Positions 1-10,303 of a stretch of DNA of 64,000 nt are shown here, in pieces. The position numbers were made by a program, and so were the translations under genes. Under the pieces are notes generated by a model. It saw only the letters and a list, made by a program, of their open reading frames with translations. It ran no database searches and had not been told where the DNA came from. The DNA lies in contig CAWHTE010000003.1 in assembly GCA_963832165.1 (NCBI GenBank), forward strand, positions 224,001 through 288,000, read 5' to 3'. Every line of letters starts with the position of its first letter. The stretch's first letter is position 1. Origin of the DNA: an uncultured delta proteobacterium. Lineage in GTDB: Bacteria; Myxococcota_A; UBA9160; SMWR01.

Positions 1-552
1 TTCCTGCATGCGGGGCCGGGATTCGGCGGCTCGTGCTTTCCCAAGGACACGCGCTCGATCGCGCTGTTCGCGCGCGAGCGGGGCAACCCGCTCGCGATCG
101 TCGACGCCGTGGTCGACGTGAACGATCGTCAGCAGCAGCGCATGGTGGAGAAGATCTGCGCCGTTCTCGACGGAGACGTGCGCGGCAAGCAGATCGGCGT
201 GCTCGGACTCTCGTTCAAGCCCGAGACCGACGACACGCGCGACTCGCCCGCGATCGCGATCGTGCGCGCCCTGCAGGCGCGCGGCGCGCGCGTTCAGGCC
301 TACGATCCGCAGGCGATGGACGCCGTGCGCAAGGAGCTGCCCGAGCTCACGCTGTGCAGCGACGCCTACGAGGCGTGCCGCGGTGCAGAAGCGCTCGTGA
401 TCGTGACGGAGTGGAACCAGTTCCGGATGCTCGACCTCGAGCGGATCAAGGGACTGCTCGCTCGGCCGGTGGTCGTCGACCTGCGCAACATCTACGACCC
501 GGCGCCGATGCGCGCAGCGGGCTTCGAGTACGTATGCGTCGGGCGCGCTTGA
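1..552 (+). CDS. ugd: UDP-glucose/GDP-mannose 6-dehydrogenase, C-terminal part (5' end outside window)
   Basis: Frame 1 from base 1 reads FLHAGPGFGGSCFPKD (catalytic Cys motif) and continues in frame to GLSFKPETDDTRDSP and VIVTEW. Confidence 0.93.
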   Translation, partial: FLHAGPGFGGSCFPKDTRSIALFARERGNPLAIVDAVVDVNDRQQQRMVEKICAVLDGDVRGKQIGVLGLSFKPETDDTRDSPAIAIVRALQARGARVQAYDPQAMDAVRKELPELTLCSDAYEACRGAEALVIVTEWNQFRMLDLERIKGLLARPVVVDLRNIYDPAPMRAAGFEYVCVGRA

Positions 553-553
553 C

Positions 554-1633
554 GTGCCGACTCCCCGCATCCATGCGGTGATCCTCGCGGGCGGTGCGGG
601 CGAGCGCTTCTGGCCCGCCTCGCGCGCCGCGCTGCCGAAGCCGTTCCTGCGCGTGCTCGGCAAGCACACGCTGCTCGACGCGACCGCGGCGCGCGCGCGG
701 CGCATCGCCACGCACGAGCGCGTCTGGGTGGTGTGCGGAGACGAGCACGAGCGGCCGATCCGCGCGGCGACGCACCTGCCGCGCCAGCGCGTGCTCGTGG
801 AGCCACAGCGCCGCAATACCGCGGCCGCGATCGCGTTCGCTGCCCACCGCATCGCGGCCGAAGACCCCGATGCAGTGATGCTGGTGCTGCCCGCGGACCA
901 CCACATTCCCGACCTGCGCGCGTTTGCGGCCTCCGTGCGCAGCGCTGCGCACGCGGCGCATACCGCGCGCGTGCTCGTGACGCTGGGCATTGCGCCGACG
1001 CGACCCGAGACCGGGTACGGCTACATCCAGCGCGGCGCGGCGGTCGGATCCGAGCATCCGGGGCTCTACCGCGTGCGGCGCTTCGTCGAGAAGCCCGACT
1101 CAGCGCGCGCGCGGCGCTATGTGCGTCGCGGCGGGTACTACTGGAACGCGGGGATCTTCGTGTGGTCCGCGCGCGAGATCCTCGCCGACATCGCGCGCTA
1201 CATGCCCGAGCTCGACGCCGCGTTCGAGCCGTTGCGCGCGCGCGTGCGGCCTTCGCGCGCGGCGGTACTGCGCGCCTATCGCAGCGCGCCCTCGGCGCCG
1301 ATCGACACCGGCGTGATGGAGCGCAGCCGCCGCGTCTGGACGCTTCCGGTCTCGTGGCACTGGAGCGACGTCGGAACCTGGGAATCGCTCGCGCAGGAGC
1401 TCGGCGTGGCGCCGGGCCGGTCGCGGCGCGTGGCGGGCGAGCTGGCATTCGACGATCGAGGAGGCAATCTGGTGTGGGGCCAGGCAGGTCGTCCGATCGC
1501 CCTGCTCGGGATCGAAGGTGTGGCGGTCGTCGATACTGGCGACGCGCTATTGGTGGCCCGATTGGATCGCAGCAACGATGTCCGCGGAGTCGTGAAGGCG
1601 CTAAAGGCCCATCGCCGGTCGGACGTGACGTAG
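554..1633 (+). CDS. manC: Mannose-1-phosphate guanylyltransferase
   Basis: ILAGGAGERFWPASR..PKPF, EPQRRNTA, ETGYGYI, FVEKP, WNAGIF, WSDVGTW motifs. Confidence 0.93.
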   Translation: MPTPRIHAVILAGGAGERFWPASRAALPKPFLRVLGKHTLLDATAARARRIATHERVWVVCGDEHERPIRAATHLPRQRVLVEPQRRNTAAAIAFAAHRIAAEDPDAVMLVLPADHHIPDLRAFAASVRSAAHAAHTARVLVTLGIAPTRPETGYGYIQRGAAVGSEHPGLYRVRRFVEKPDSARARRYVRRGGYYWNAGIFVWSAREILADIARYMPELDAAFEPLRARVRPSRAAVLRAYRSAPSAPIDTGVMERSRRVWTLPVSWHWSDVGTWESLAQELGVAPGRSRRVAGELAFDDRGGNLVWGQAGRPIALLGIEGVAVVDTGDALLVARLDRSNDVRGVVKALKAHRRSDVT

Positions 1634-1643
1634 GGATATCACC

Positions 1644-2306
1644 ATGGCGCGTCATACCAAGGAAGCGCTCGAGTCGCTCCAGGCGATTCCGCTCTTTTCG
1701 GGCGTCAAGGGCGAGGACCTCGAGCGCATCGCCGATCTGCTGATCGAGCGGCGCTTTCCCAAGCACAAGACGATCGTCGAGGAGGGACTCCCCGGCGACT
1801 ACATGTACGTGATCTGCGAGGGTCGCGTGCAGGTCTCGAAGCTCTCGGACGACGGGCGCGAGAAGATCCTCGAGTTCTTCGAGAAGGGCGCGTTCTTCGG
1901 CGAGATGTCGCTGCTCGACGATTCGCCGCGCTCGGCCTCCGTGCGCGCGCTCACCGACACGCGGATCCTCGCGTTGTCGCGCAGCGACTTCCTCGCGGTG
2001 ATGCGGCGATCGCCCGACGTGGCGATGGCGGTAGTCCAGGAGCTGGCTCGCCGGCTGCGCTCGACCGACCAGCACGCGAGCTCGCTCTCGTTCCAGCGCG
2101 TGAAGGAGCGCACGCAGGGGCTGCTCCAGCGCCTCGCCAAGGACGAGTCCGGGCGCGACGGGCACCGGATCACCCCGGTGGTCACGCACCAGCAGATCGC
2201 CGACATGGTCGGCACCTCGCGCGAGACGGTCACCCGGGCGCTCAAGGGCCTCAAGCAAGAGGGCTGGCTCACCCAGGAGGGCAAGCGGTACGTCGTTCCG
2301 GTGTAG
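1644..2306 (+). CDS. Crp/Fnr-family transcriptional regulator
   Basis: cNMP-binding motif FFGEMSLL..RSASVRA; HTH THQQIADMVGTSRETVTRAL. Confidence 0.93.
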   Translation: MARHTKEALESLQAIPLFSGVKGEDLERIADLLIERRFPKHKTIVEEGLPGDYMYVICEGRVQVSKLSDDGREKILEFFEKGAFFGEMSLLDDSPRSASVRALTDTRILALSRSDFLAVMRRSPDVAMAVVQELARRLRSTDQHASSLSFQRVKERTQGLLQRLAKDESGRDGHRITPVVTHQQIADMVGTSRETVTRALKGLKQEGWLTQEGKRYVVPV

Positions 2307-2385
2307 GGCTCGCAGCGCGCCCCGACCGCCCCGGCGATCCGTCCCCCGCTCCAGCCGTGTCCGCCTGCGCACCGATCAGCCTCGC

Positions 2386-3516
2386 ATGGGCGAGGCGGAA
2401 ACGGAGTTCGCGGCGCAGGTCTGGGAGCACTCGAACTCGGGTGTGTGCGCCGTCGACGCGGCCGGATCGCTCGTGATGATCAATGGTGCGGCGCGGCGGA
2501 TCCTCGGCGGTCTGAGCGCGCACGCCCGCGCCGGGATGCCGTGCGAGGAGGCACTCGCCGACTACCCGGTGCTCTGGCGTCTCTTGCGCGAGGCGCTCGC
2601 GGGGCGCCCCGCGCTCTCGCGCGCGGAGCTGGCCGCCGAGCGCACCGACGGCGAGCGCCGCGTGCTCGGCTTCTCGCTGACCGCGTTGCCCGACGGCACG
2701 GGCGCGATCCGCGGAGCGGCCCTGGTGTTTCGCGACCTCGCGCCGATCGAGCGCAGCGGCGAGCGCGAGCGGCTGCAGCAGCGCCTGGCCGCGCTCGGCG
2801 AGATGGCCGCGGGGCTTGCGCACGAGCTGCGCAATCCGCTCGCGGGCATGGAGGTGCTCGCGGGGCTGCTCCAGCGCCGTCTGCACGGCGATTCGGATGC
2901 GCTCGGTCTCGTCGTCGACCTGCGCGGACAGATCCGCCAGCTCTCCGAGACCGTGACCGCGAGCCTCGATTATCTGCGCCCCGTGGCGCTGTGCCGCGAG
3001 CCGGTCGACATCGTCGAGCTCGTCGAGGAGGGGCTCGTGCTCGGCCTCGCGCGCGCGCCGCGCCCCGACCGCGTCGATCGCCGCTACGCGGCGCCGCTCG
3101 CGGTCCTCGAGGTCGACCGCCAGCTGCTCGGCGTCGCGCTCGTGAACCTGATCGTGAACGCGTGCGAGGCGATGGCGGAAGCGCGTGGCCGCGAGTGCCG
3201 CCTCGAGATCGCGATCGGCGTGGGTCCGGCACCCGAGCTCACGCGCCCGGTGCGCGTCGGCGACGAGTCGGCCCCGAGCCCGAACGCATCGCGCGAGCTG
3301 CGCATCGCGATCGGCGACACCGGCCCCGGGATCTCCGAGGAGATCCGCGACCGGATCTTCGATCCGTTCTTCACCACGCGCGAGAGCGGCACCGGAATCG
3401 GACTCGCGAACGTGCAGAAGATCGTGCACGCGCACGGCGGATCGCTCTCGCTGCAGTCGTCGGAGCTCGGCAGCGAGTTCTGTATCCATCTGCCGCTGGT
3501 TGCGGAGCTCGCGTGA
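2386..3516 (+). CDS. Cytoplasmic PAS-domain sensor histidine kinase (NtrB-like)
   Basis: N-terminal PAS-like region; H-box [34 protein letters not shown] boxes; no obvious transmembrane segment. Confidence 0.9.
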   Translation: MGEAETEFAAQVWEHSNSGVCAVDAAGSLVMINGAARRILGGLSAHARAGMPCEEALADYPVLWRLLREALAGRPALSRAELAAERTDGERRVLGFSLTALPDGTGAIRGAALVFRDLAPIERSGERERLQQRLAALGEMAAGLAHELRNPLAGMEVLAGLLQRRLHGDSDALGLVVDLRGQIRQLSETVTASLDYLRPVALCREPVDIVELVEEGLVLGLARAPRPDRVDRRYAAPLAVLEVDRQLLGVALVNLIVNACEAMAEARGRECRLEIAIGVGPAPELTRPVRVGDESAPSPNASRELRIAIGDTGPGISEEIRDRIFDPFFTTRESGTGIGLANVQKIVHAHGGSLSLQSSELGSEFCIHLPLVAELA

Positions 3517-5097
3517 GCGCCCCGCCTGCTGGTCTTCGCTCGCCGTCGGGCTCGCTGCGCGAAACTTGCGCCCGGATCCTCGTCGTCGAAGACCACAAGC
3601 CGCTGCGGCGCGGAATGGCGATGGCGCTGCGCGAGGCCTGGGGGCACGCGGACGAGGAGGAGTCGGGCGATGCCGCCGTGCGGCGGCTCTCGGATCCGGA
3701 TCGCGAGCCCTACGACGTCGTCGTGACCGACCTGCGGCTGCCGGGCGCTGATGGACTCGCGGTGCTCGAGGCCGCGCGCGCGCGCGACGAGCGCACGCGC
3801 GTGCTCGTGCTGACCGCGTTCGGCACCGTCGATACCGCTGTGAACGCGATGCGCGCGGGCGCGTTCGACTTCCTCGAGAAGCCGCTCGATCTCGACCAGC
3901 TCGATCTGCGCGTCGGGCGCGCGCTCGAGCACCGGCGGCTGCTCGCCGAGGTGACCGAGCTGCGCGCGGAGCGGGCGGAGCGGCGCACCGCAGCCGCGAT
4001 CGTGGCCGAGAGCCCCTCGATGCGCGCCGCGGTCGAGCTCGCGCGCCGCGTTGCTCCGAAGCGCTCGAACGTGCTCCTGACCGGAGAGACGGGCACGGGC
4101 AAGGAGCTGTTCGCGGGGCTGATCCACGAGGCGTCGCCGCGCGGAAGCGGACCGCTCGTGAAGGTGAACTGTGCGGCGCTGCCCGAGACGCTGCTCGAGT
4201 CGGAGCTGTTCGGACACGAGCGCGGCTCGTTCACGGGCGCGGACCGCCGGCGGATCGGTCGTTTCGAGGAGGCGAGCGGCGGCACGCTCTTCCTCGACGA
4301 GGTGGGCGAGATGTCGCCCGCGATCCAGGCCAAGCTGTTGCGCGTGCTGCAGGACCAGGAGTTCCAGCGCGTCGGCGGAACCCAGACGCTGCGCACCGAT
4401 TCGCGCCTCGTCGCCGCGACCAACGTCGATCTCGAGAGCGAGGTGCGGCGCGGCGCCTTTCGCGAGGACCTCTACTTCCGACTCGATGTGATCCGGATCC
4501 ATCTGCCGCCGCTGCGAGAGCGGCCCGAGGACGTGATCGAGCTCGCCCGGCGCTTCCAGAGCGAGTTCACGGCCGGGCCCGGCACTCCGCACGGGTTCGA
4601 CTCCGATGCGTTGGAGCGACTGCGCGGCGCACCGCTGGCCCGGGAACGTGCGCGAGCTGCGCAACGCGATCGAGCGCGCGCAGCTGCTCGCTCCGGGACC
4701 GCGCATCCGCGCCCGCGACCTCGACCTCACCGAGCGCGATCTGCTCGACGACCCGGAGTCGTGGCGGCCCGAGCTGCCCCCGCCGGGGTGGAGCCTGCGC
4801 GATTGGGAGCGCGCGCTGGTCGAAGAGGCGCTCCAGCGCACGGGATTCGTGCAGAAGGATGCCTGCGAGCTGCTCGGGATCAGCCGCCGCAAGCTCAACT
4901 ACATGGTCCGCTCGATGGGCATCACGCACACCCGGTGGCGAAAAAACCACCCCGATCGCATGGCTGAGGACTGCAAGGAGGGCGACTCGGAAGAGTCGCC
5001 CGAACGCGCAGCGAGCCGCGCGTGGCCTGAGGATCGCAAGGAGGCCGCCTCGGCAGAGGCGGCTGAACGCGCAGCGAGCCGAAGGCGAGCGAAGTAG
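3513..5097 (+). CDS. Sigma-54-dependent response regulator (REC-AAA+-HTH), apparent +1 frameshift near 4626
   Basis: GTG overlaps kinase stop; ILVVEDH/VTDLRLP receiver; [29 protein letters not shown] and HTH ([12 protein letters not shown]) lie in the +1 frame (ORF 4606..5097). Confidence 0.88.
3531..3571 (-). repeat. Dispersed mini-hairpin repeat copy, within N-terminus of the sigma-54 regulator
   Basis: Reverse complement GCGCAAGTTTCGCGCAGCGAGCCCGACGGCGAGCGAAGACC nearly identical to the copy at 46382-46421. Confidence 0.85.
4964..5094 (+). repeat. Two tandem hairpin units (63-bp period) ending in the core repeat
   Basis: Units 4964-5018 and 5027-5081 with covarying 9-bp stems; core CGCGCAGCGAGCCGAAGGCGAGCGAAG at 5068-5094. 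Confidence 0.85.
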
Positions 5098-5212
5098 GAG
5101 CCGGGACTTGATTCCGCCAGCGGTTGATTGAACCCTAGCGGCCCATTCGGTTTCCGACCTCGGCTCGGGAGACCCCTGCTTCCGGCCCCGGGGCCCTACA
5201 TGGAGCGTCCAA

Positions 5213-7660
5213 ATGCGTGTCCGCTCGTTCTGGATCGTCGCCCTGTGCGGCGTCGTCTTGCTGGCCGGCTGTCGCTCGAACGAGCAGGCCATCGCCGAGC
5301 ATCTCAAGCGCGGCGAGGACTACCAGAAGGAGAAGAAGTACGCCGAGGCGGTCATCGAGTACAAGAACGTGCTCCAGATCGACCCGAACCACGCGAACGC
5401 CCACTACGAGCTGGCCAAGTCCTTCCTCCAGCTCGGCCAGGCGAAGGAGGGCTTCTGGGAGCTGCGCGAGACCGTGCGCCTCGATCCGAAGAATCACGAG
5501 GCCGCGGTGCAATTCGGGCAGATCTCGATCTACGCGGGCGAGCTCGAGGAGGCGCTCAAGCGCGCCGACGCGGTGATCGCCGACGATCCGAACAACGAGA
5601 AGGCCTGGCTCGTGAAGGGGCAGGCGCACGATGGGCTCAAGCAGCCGGCCGAGGCGCTCGCGGCGTTCCAGAAGGCGGCCGAGGTCGCGCCGACGAACGA
5701 AGCGGCGCTGCTCGTGCTCGCGAACTATCACCGGCGCATGGGCGATCGCGCGACGGCGGGCGCCCAGTTCGAGGCTGCGGCCAAGAACGTTCCGACGATG
5801 CAGACGTACCTCGCGCTCGCGTCGTTCTACTCCGAAGACCGCGACCGCGACGCCGACTCCGAGGCCGCCTATCGCAAGGCGCTCGAGCTCGCCAAGCCCG
5901 AGGAGGTCGCGCGCCCGTACGCGCTGCTCGGGAACTTCCTGGTCGCGCGCGACCGATTCGATGACGGCGTGGCGGTGCTCGAGAAGGGCATCGAGACGTC
6001 TTCGGATCCGCTCGACCTGATCTACATGCTCGCGCGCATGTACTACCAGAAGGGCGACAAGGCGAAGGCCGACGAGCTGATGGTGCGCGCGACCGAGAAG
6101 TCGCCCGACAATCCGCGCCCGTTCCTGGTGCTGTCGAGCTACAAGGGCCGCCAGGGCGACCTCGAGGGCGCGCTCGCTGCCGCCGAGAAGGCGATCGAGC
6201 TCGATCCGAAGGATCAGAACGCACAGCTGCGCAAGTCGGAGGTGCTGCTCGAGCTCGGCTACCGGGACCAGACGCCGGATCGGATCGCCGAGGGCCGCAA
6301 GCTCGTCGAAGCGGTGCTCGCGGCCGAGCCGTCGAACCCGGGCGGGCTGTTCGTGAAGGCCAAGATGGACATGGCCGACAACAAGTTCGACGACGCCATC
6401 CAGTCGCTGCGCTCCGCGATCGACGTGCGTCCCGACTGGGCCGAGGCCCACTTCCTGCTCGGCACCGCGCTGCGGCTCACGGGTCAGCGCTCGGCAGCGC
6501 GCACCGAGCTCGCACGCGCGCTCGAGATCGATTCTTCGCTGCTCGAGGCGCGCCGCGTCCTGGCCGAGGTGCACTCGGATCTCGGCGAGCACGAGTACGC
6601 CGTGGAGGAAGGGAAGCGCTATCTGCAGCACAAGCCCGATGCGCACGAAACGCGCGTGCGCGTGGCGCAGAGCCTCGTGCTGCTCGGGCGCCTCGACGAG
6701 GCGCTCGTAGAGGTGAACGCGATTCCCGAGGACGCGCGCGACGAGTCGGTCGACTTCGCGCTCGGCCGCATCTACACCGCGAAGGGCGAGAACGACAAGG
6801 CGCGCGCACTGCTGCTCAAGGCGCTCGAGAAGCGGCCCAATCACCCCGACATCCTGCGCGGTCTGCTCCAGATCGAAGAGAAGATGGGCAAGACCGAAGA
6901 GTCGCTCGCGCGGATCCAGAAGGCCGTGACCGACAAGCCCGACGACCCGAAGCTGCAGCAGCTCGCGGGCGTCGTGGCGCTGGCGCAGGGACGCGTCGAG
7001 GACGCGACGAAGGCCCTCGAGCGCGCGATCGAGATCGCTCCCGACGACATGTCGAGCTATCAGCAGCTCGCCGATCTGTACGTGCGCACGGGGCGCACCT
7101 CGCAGACGATCGAGGTCTACGAGAAGGCGCTCGAGCGCAAGCCCGAGCAGCCGCGCATCCACCACTTCCTGGGTGTGCTCTACGAGTACGGCGGAAAGCC
7201 CGAGCTCGCGGTCAAGCACTACGAGGAGGCGATCAAGCAGTCGCCCGATCTCGCGGAGTCGAAGAACAACCTCGCCTATCTCTACGCCGAGTCGGGCAAG
7301 AACCTCGACCGCGCGCTCGATCTCGCTCAGGACGCGAAGGCGCTCTTGCCGGACGACCCCAACACGGCCGACACGCTGGGCTGGGTGCTGTTCCGGCGCG
7401 GCGTGCCCTCGGCCGCGATCGGTTACCTCAAGGAGGCCGAAGCGGGCGTGAAGCCCGAAGACGCCACGCTCGGGATCATCCGGCACCACCTCGCGCAGGC
7501 CTACGAGGCGAGCGGCGACAAGGAGAACGCGCGGACCACGCTCGATCGCGCGATCGCCGCACAGGAGTCGTTCGTAGAGGCGCAGAAGGCCCGCGGGGTG
7601 CCTGTGGGCGCCGACCCGTCCTGGTACCAGGACGCGCGCAAGATGCGCGAGCGCCTCTAG
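5213..7660 (+). CDS. Long TPR-repeat lipoprotein (PrsT-like)
   Basis: Signal peptide with lipobox LLAGC; TPR repeats throughout; C-terminal NNLAYLY..DTLGWV motif. Confidence 0.85.
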   Translation: MRVRSFWIVALCGVVLLAGCRSNEQAIAEHLKRGEDYQKEKKYAEAVIEYKNVLQIDPNHANAHYELAKSFLQLGQAKEGFWELRETVRLDPKNHEAAVQFGQISIYAGELEEALKRADAVIADDPNNEKAWLVKGQAHDGLKQPAEALAAFQKAAEVAPTNEAALLVLANYHRRMGDRATAGAQFEAAAKNVPTMQTYLALASFYSEDRDRDADSEAAYRKALELAKPEEVARPYALLGNFLVARDRFDDGVAVLEKGIETSSDPLDLIYMLARMYYQKGDKAKADELMVRATEKSPDNPRPFLVLSSYKGRQGDLEGALAAAEKAIELDPKDQNAQLRKSEVLLELGYRDQTPDRIAEGRKLVEAVLAAEPSNPGGLFVKAKMDMADNKFDDAIQSLRSAIDVRPDWAEAHFLLGTALRLTGQRSAARTELARALEIDSSLLEARRVLAEVHSDLGEHEYAVEEGKRYLQHKPDAHETRVRVAQSLVLLGRLDEALVEVNAIPEDARDESVDFALGRIYTAKGENDKARALLLKALEKRPNHPDILRGLLQIEEKMGKTEESLARIQKAVTDKPDDPKLQQLAGVVALAQGRVEDATKALERAIEIAPDDMSSYQQLADLYVRTGRTSQTIEVYEKALERKPEQPRIHHFLGVLYEYGGKPELAVKHYEEAIKQSPDLAESKNNLAYLYAESGKNLDRALDLAQDAKALLPDDPNTADTLGWVLFRRGVPSAAIGYLKEAEAGVKPEDATLGIIRHHLAQAYEASGDKENARTTLDRAIAAQESFVEAQKARGVPVGADPSWYQDARKMRERL

Positions 7661-7795
7661 GTCTCTGCGCCGCCGACGCGTTCCGGCGGGCCCGCGTGAT
7701 CGCGCCGCACCTATGGGGTCAAGCCCCCTGGGCAGGTGTCCGATAACGGGCCGGTGCGCGCCGCTGCGCGGAGCGCGCGAGGCGGAGGGTTCGCG

Positions 7796-9074
7796 ATGAT
7801 TTCCTGGAAGCGGACGCTGGGTTGGACGCTGTGCTCGCTGGTGGCGTCTGCCGCCGTTTGGGCCGAGGAGCCCGCCGCGCCCGCACCCGCGGATCCCGCC
7901 GCTGTGCCGGCACCCGCGGATCCCGCGGCCGCGCCCCAAGAGCCCGCCGCAGCCGCGACCGCCGAGCCCGCGGCTCCCGCGCCGGAACAGGCCGCCGCTA
8001 TGGACTCCGCGAGCGAGTGCCGCGCCGGCCGCCGCCGCGCCCGAAGCGCCGGCTCCTGCTCCGGAGCTCGGACCGGTCGGCTACGACTCGCAGGGCCATC
8101 AGGGTCGCATCCACACGGTGGTGAAGGGCGACACGCTCTGGCACATCTCCAACGCCTATCTCGCCACGCCCTGGGTGTGGCCTTCGATCTGGAACGACAA
8201 CGGGGATATCGCGAATCCGCACCGGATCTACCCGGGCGATCGCATCTGGATCACGCCCTCCGAGATGCGGCGGCTCTCTCCGGAAGAGGCCGACCAGATG
8301 CTCTCGAACGTCCCCGCGGCTCCCGCTCCGACCGCCGCGATCGAGGACGGCGTGCCGGGTGTCGAGCCGGCTCCGGCCGTACCCGCGCGCAGCGTGCGCG
8401 TGAGCTCGCGCGAGACCGCGGGCCTGATCTCTCCCGAGATGTACGAGGCGTCCGCGAGCGTGGTGAGCCGCGTTCCCGAGCGCATGCTCCTGAGCCAGGA
8501 AGACGGCCTCCACATCGGCCTCGGCGAGGAGGAGGTCAAAGTCGGCGACGAGTTCACGCTGTTCCGGACTCACGAGAAGGTGCTCGATCCCGACACGGGC
8601 GCGCTGCTCGGCTACCACGTCGACTTCCTGGGCTGGGCGAAGGTCGAGAAGACGTCCCCGGAGACGTCGATGGCGCGGATCCGCATGTCGACGGGCGAGA
8701 TCGAAGAGGGCGACCGCGTGATGCCGCGCGAGCCTCTGCCGCCCGTGATCGACGTGAAGGCCACGCCCGCAGGCGTCGACGGCAAGATCACGTTCTTCCC
8801 GCAGCGCCGCGTGCTGCTCGGGATGCAGGACTTCGTCTACCTGAACCGCGGGACGCTCGACGGGCTCGAGGTGGGCAGTCCGCTCGAGGTGTACCGCGCC
8901 GGCTATCCCGCGAACGAGACGACGCGCGACGAGAAGGTCGCAGTGCCGGATCGCGTGATCGCGAAGATGCTCGTGGTGCGCACCGAGGAGCAGACCGCGG
9001 TGGCGATGGTGATGTCGACCGAGACCGAGATCGAGCTCGGCGACCACTTCCGCGGCGACTCACAGCCCCACTAG
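7796..9074 (+). CDS. Secreted LysM peptidoglycan-binding protein, apparent +1 frameshift near 8018
   Basis: Signal peptide MISWKR..AVWA, Pro/Ala-rich linker, then in +1 frame HTVVKGDTLWHIS..WPSIW..NPHRIYPGD; LysM genes commonly precede dprA. Confidence 0.82.
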
Positions 9075-9089
9075 CTGGCACCCCCAGAC

Positions 9090-10295
9090 GTGCCATCCTC
9101 GGGACGCCCCGGTCCCGCGGAGTCGGCCGTGGCGGACGATCGCGTCGAGGCGGAGCGAGCGAGCGCGAAGGCCCGGCTGGCAAGGAGGCCGACGCAGTCG
9201 GCCGACGCGCAGCGAGGCGAAGCCGAGCGAAGGCAGGAGCCCGAGCGCGAGCGATCAGCGAGCGCGAAGGCCCAGCTAGATTGGATGGCGCTCCAGTTCG
9301 CGGGCGCACTGCGCCCGCGCGAATGCAGCGACGCGCTGCGCGCGGGTCGGCGTGCACACGAGGTGCTCGCGCGCCTTCCGGAGTCGTCGCTGCCCGGCGA
9401 CGACTGGCTGCGCCGCGCAGACGCCGAGCTCGCGCGGCTCGGTGCGGTGCTCGTGCCGTGGGGCTCGCGCGATTACCCGGCGCGGCTCGCCGAGCTGTCG
9501 GATGCGCCGCCCGTGCTCGCGGTGCGCGGCGATCCCGCGGTGCTCGCGCAGACCGCGGTCGCGATCGTGGGCAGCCGCGCGGCCACGGCCTACGGCCTCG
9601 AGGTGGCGCGGTGCGTCGCCGGGGAGCTCGCGGAAGCGGGCGTGGTGGTCGTGTCGGGGCTCGCGTTCGGGATCGACGCAGCGGCCCACGAGGCCGCGCT
9701 CGCGGCGGGCGGTCGCACCGTCGCGGTACAGGCCTGCGGCCTCGACCGCGTGTACCCCGCGGCGCACCGCGGACTCGCGAAGCGCATCGCGCACGGCGGC
9801 GCGGTCGCGACCGAGTTCGCCGTCGGTGTCTCACCGCAACCCGGATTCTTCCCGCTGCGCAATCGCCTGATCAGTGGGCTCGCGCGCGCGCTGATCGTGG
9901 TCGAGGCCCGCGAGCGCAGCGGATCGCTCGTGACGGCGCGCCATGCGGCCGATCAGGGCGTCGACGTGTTCGCGGTACCGGGTCCGATCACGCACGCCAG
10001 TCACGTCGGCTGCAATCGCCTGTTGCGCGATGGCGCCGCCCCGCTGCTCGAGACCGGCGACGTGCTGTCCGCGCTCGGGTGGTCCGCGCAGCCGCGCCCT
10101 GTTCGCGCTCCAGCAGCGCTCTCCGCTCCCGCGCGCGATCTGCTCGCGGCGCTGCGCAGTGCGCCCGCGAGCAGCGACGAGCTGGCCCGGCGACAGGGCG
10201 CCGCTGCCGCCGCGCTCGCCCCACCGCTGCTCGAGCTCGAGCTCGCGGGCGCGATCGCACGCGATCGCGATGGCCGCTGGCGGGCACTCCATTAG
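9090..10295 (+). CDS. dprA: DNA processing protein DprA (start uncertain; N-terminus overlaps repeat sequence)
   Basis: VAIVGSR, VSGLAFGIDAAAH, FPLRNRLISGL, VVEARERSGSLVTA, VFAVPG. Confidence 0.93.
   Translation: MPSSGRPGPAESAVADDRVEAERASAKARLARRPTQSADAQRGEAERRQEPERERSASAKAQLDWMALQFAGALRPRECSDALRAGRRAHEVLARLPESSLPGDDWLRRADAELARLGAVLVPWGSRDYPARLAELSDAPPVLAVRGDPAVLAQTAVAIVGSRAATAYGLEVARCVAGELAEAGVVVVSGLAFGIDAAAHEAALAAGGRTVAVQACGLDRVYPAAHRGLAKRIAHGGAVATEFAVGVSPQPGFFPLRNRLISGLARALIVVEARERSGSLVTARHAADQGVDVFAVPGPITHASHVGCNRLLRDGAAPLLETGDVLSALGWSAQPRPVRAPAALSAPARDLLAALRSAPASSDELARRQGAAAAALAPPLLELELAGAIARDRDGRWRALH
9180..9232 (+). repeat. Dispersed mini-hairpin repeat copy in dprA 5' region
   Basis: GCAAGGAG-GCCGAC(GCA)GTCGGC-CGACGCGCAGCGAGGCGAAGCCGAGCGAAG; same architecture as the 4964-5094 units. 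Confidence 0.8.
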
Positions 10296-10303
10296 CTACC
10301 TTC

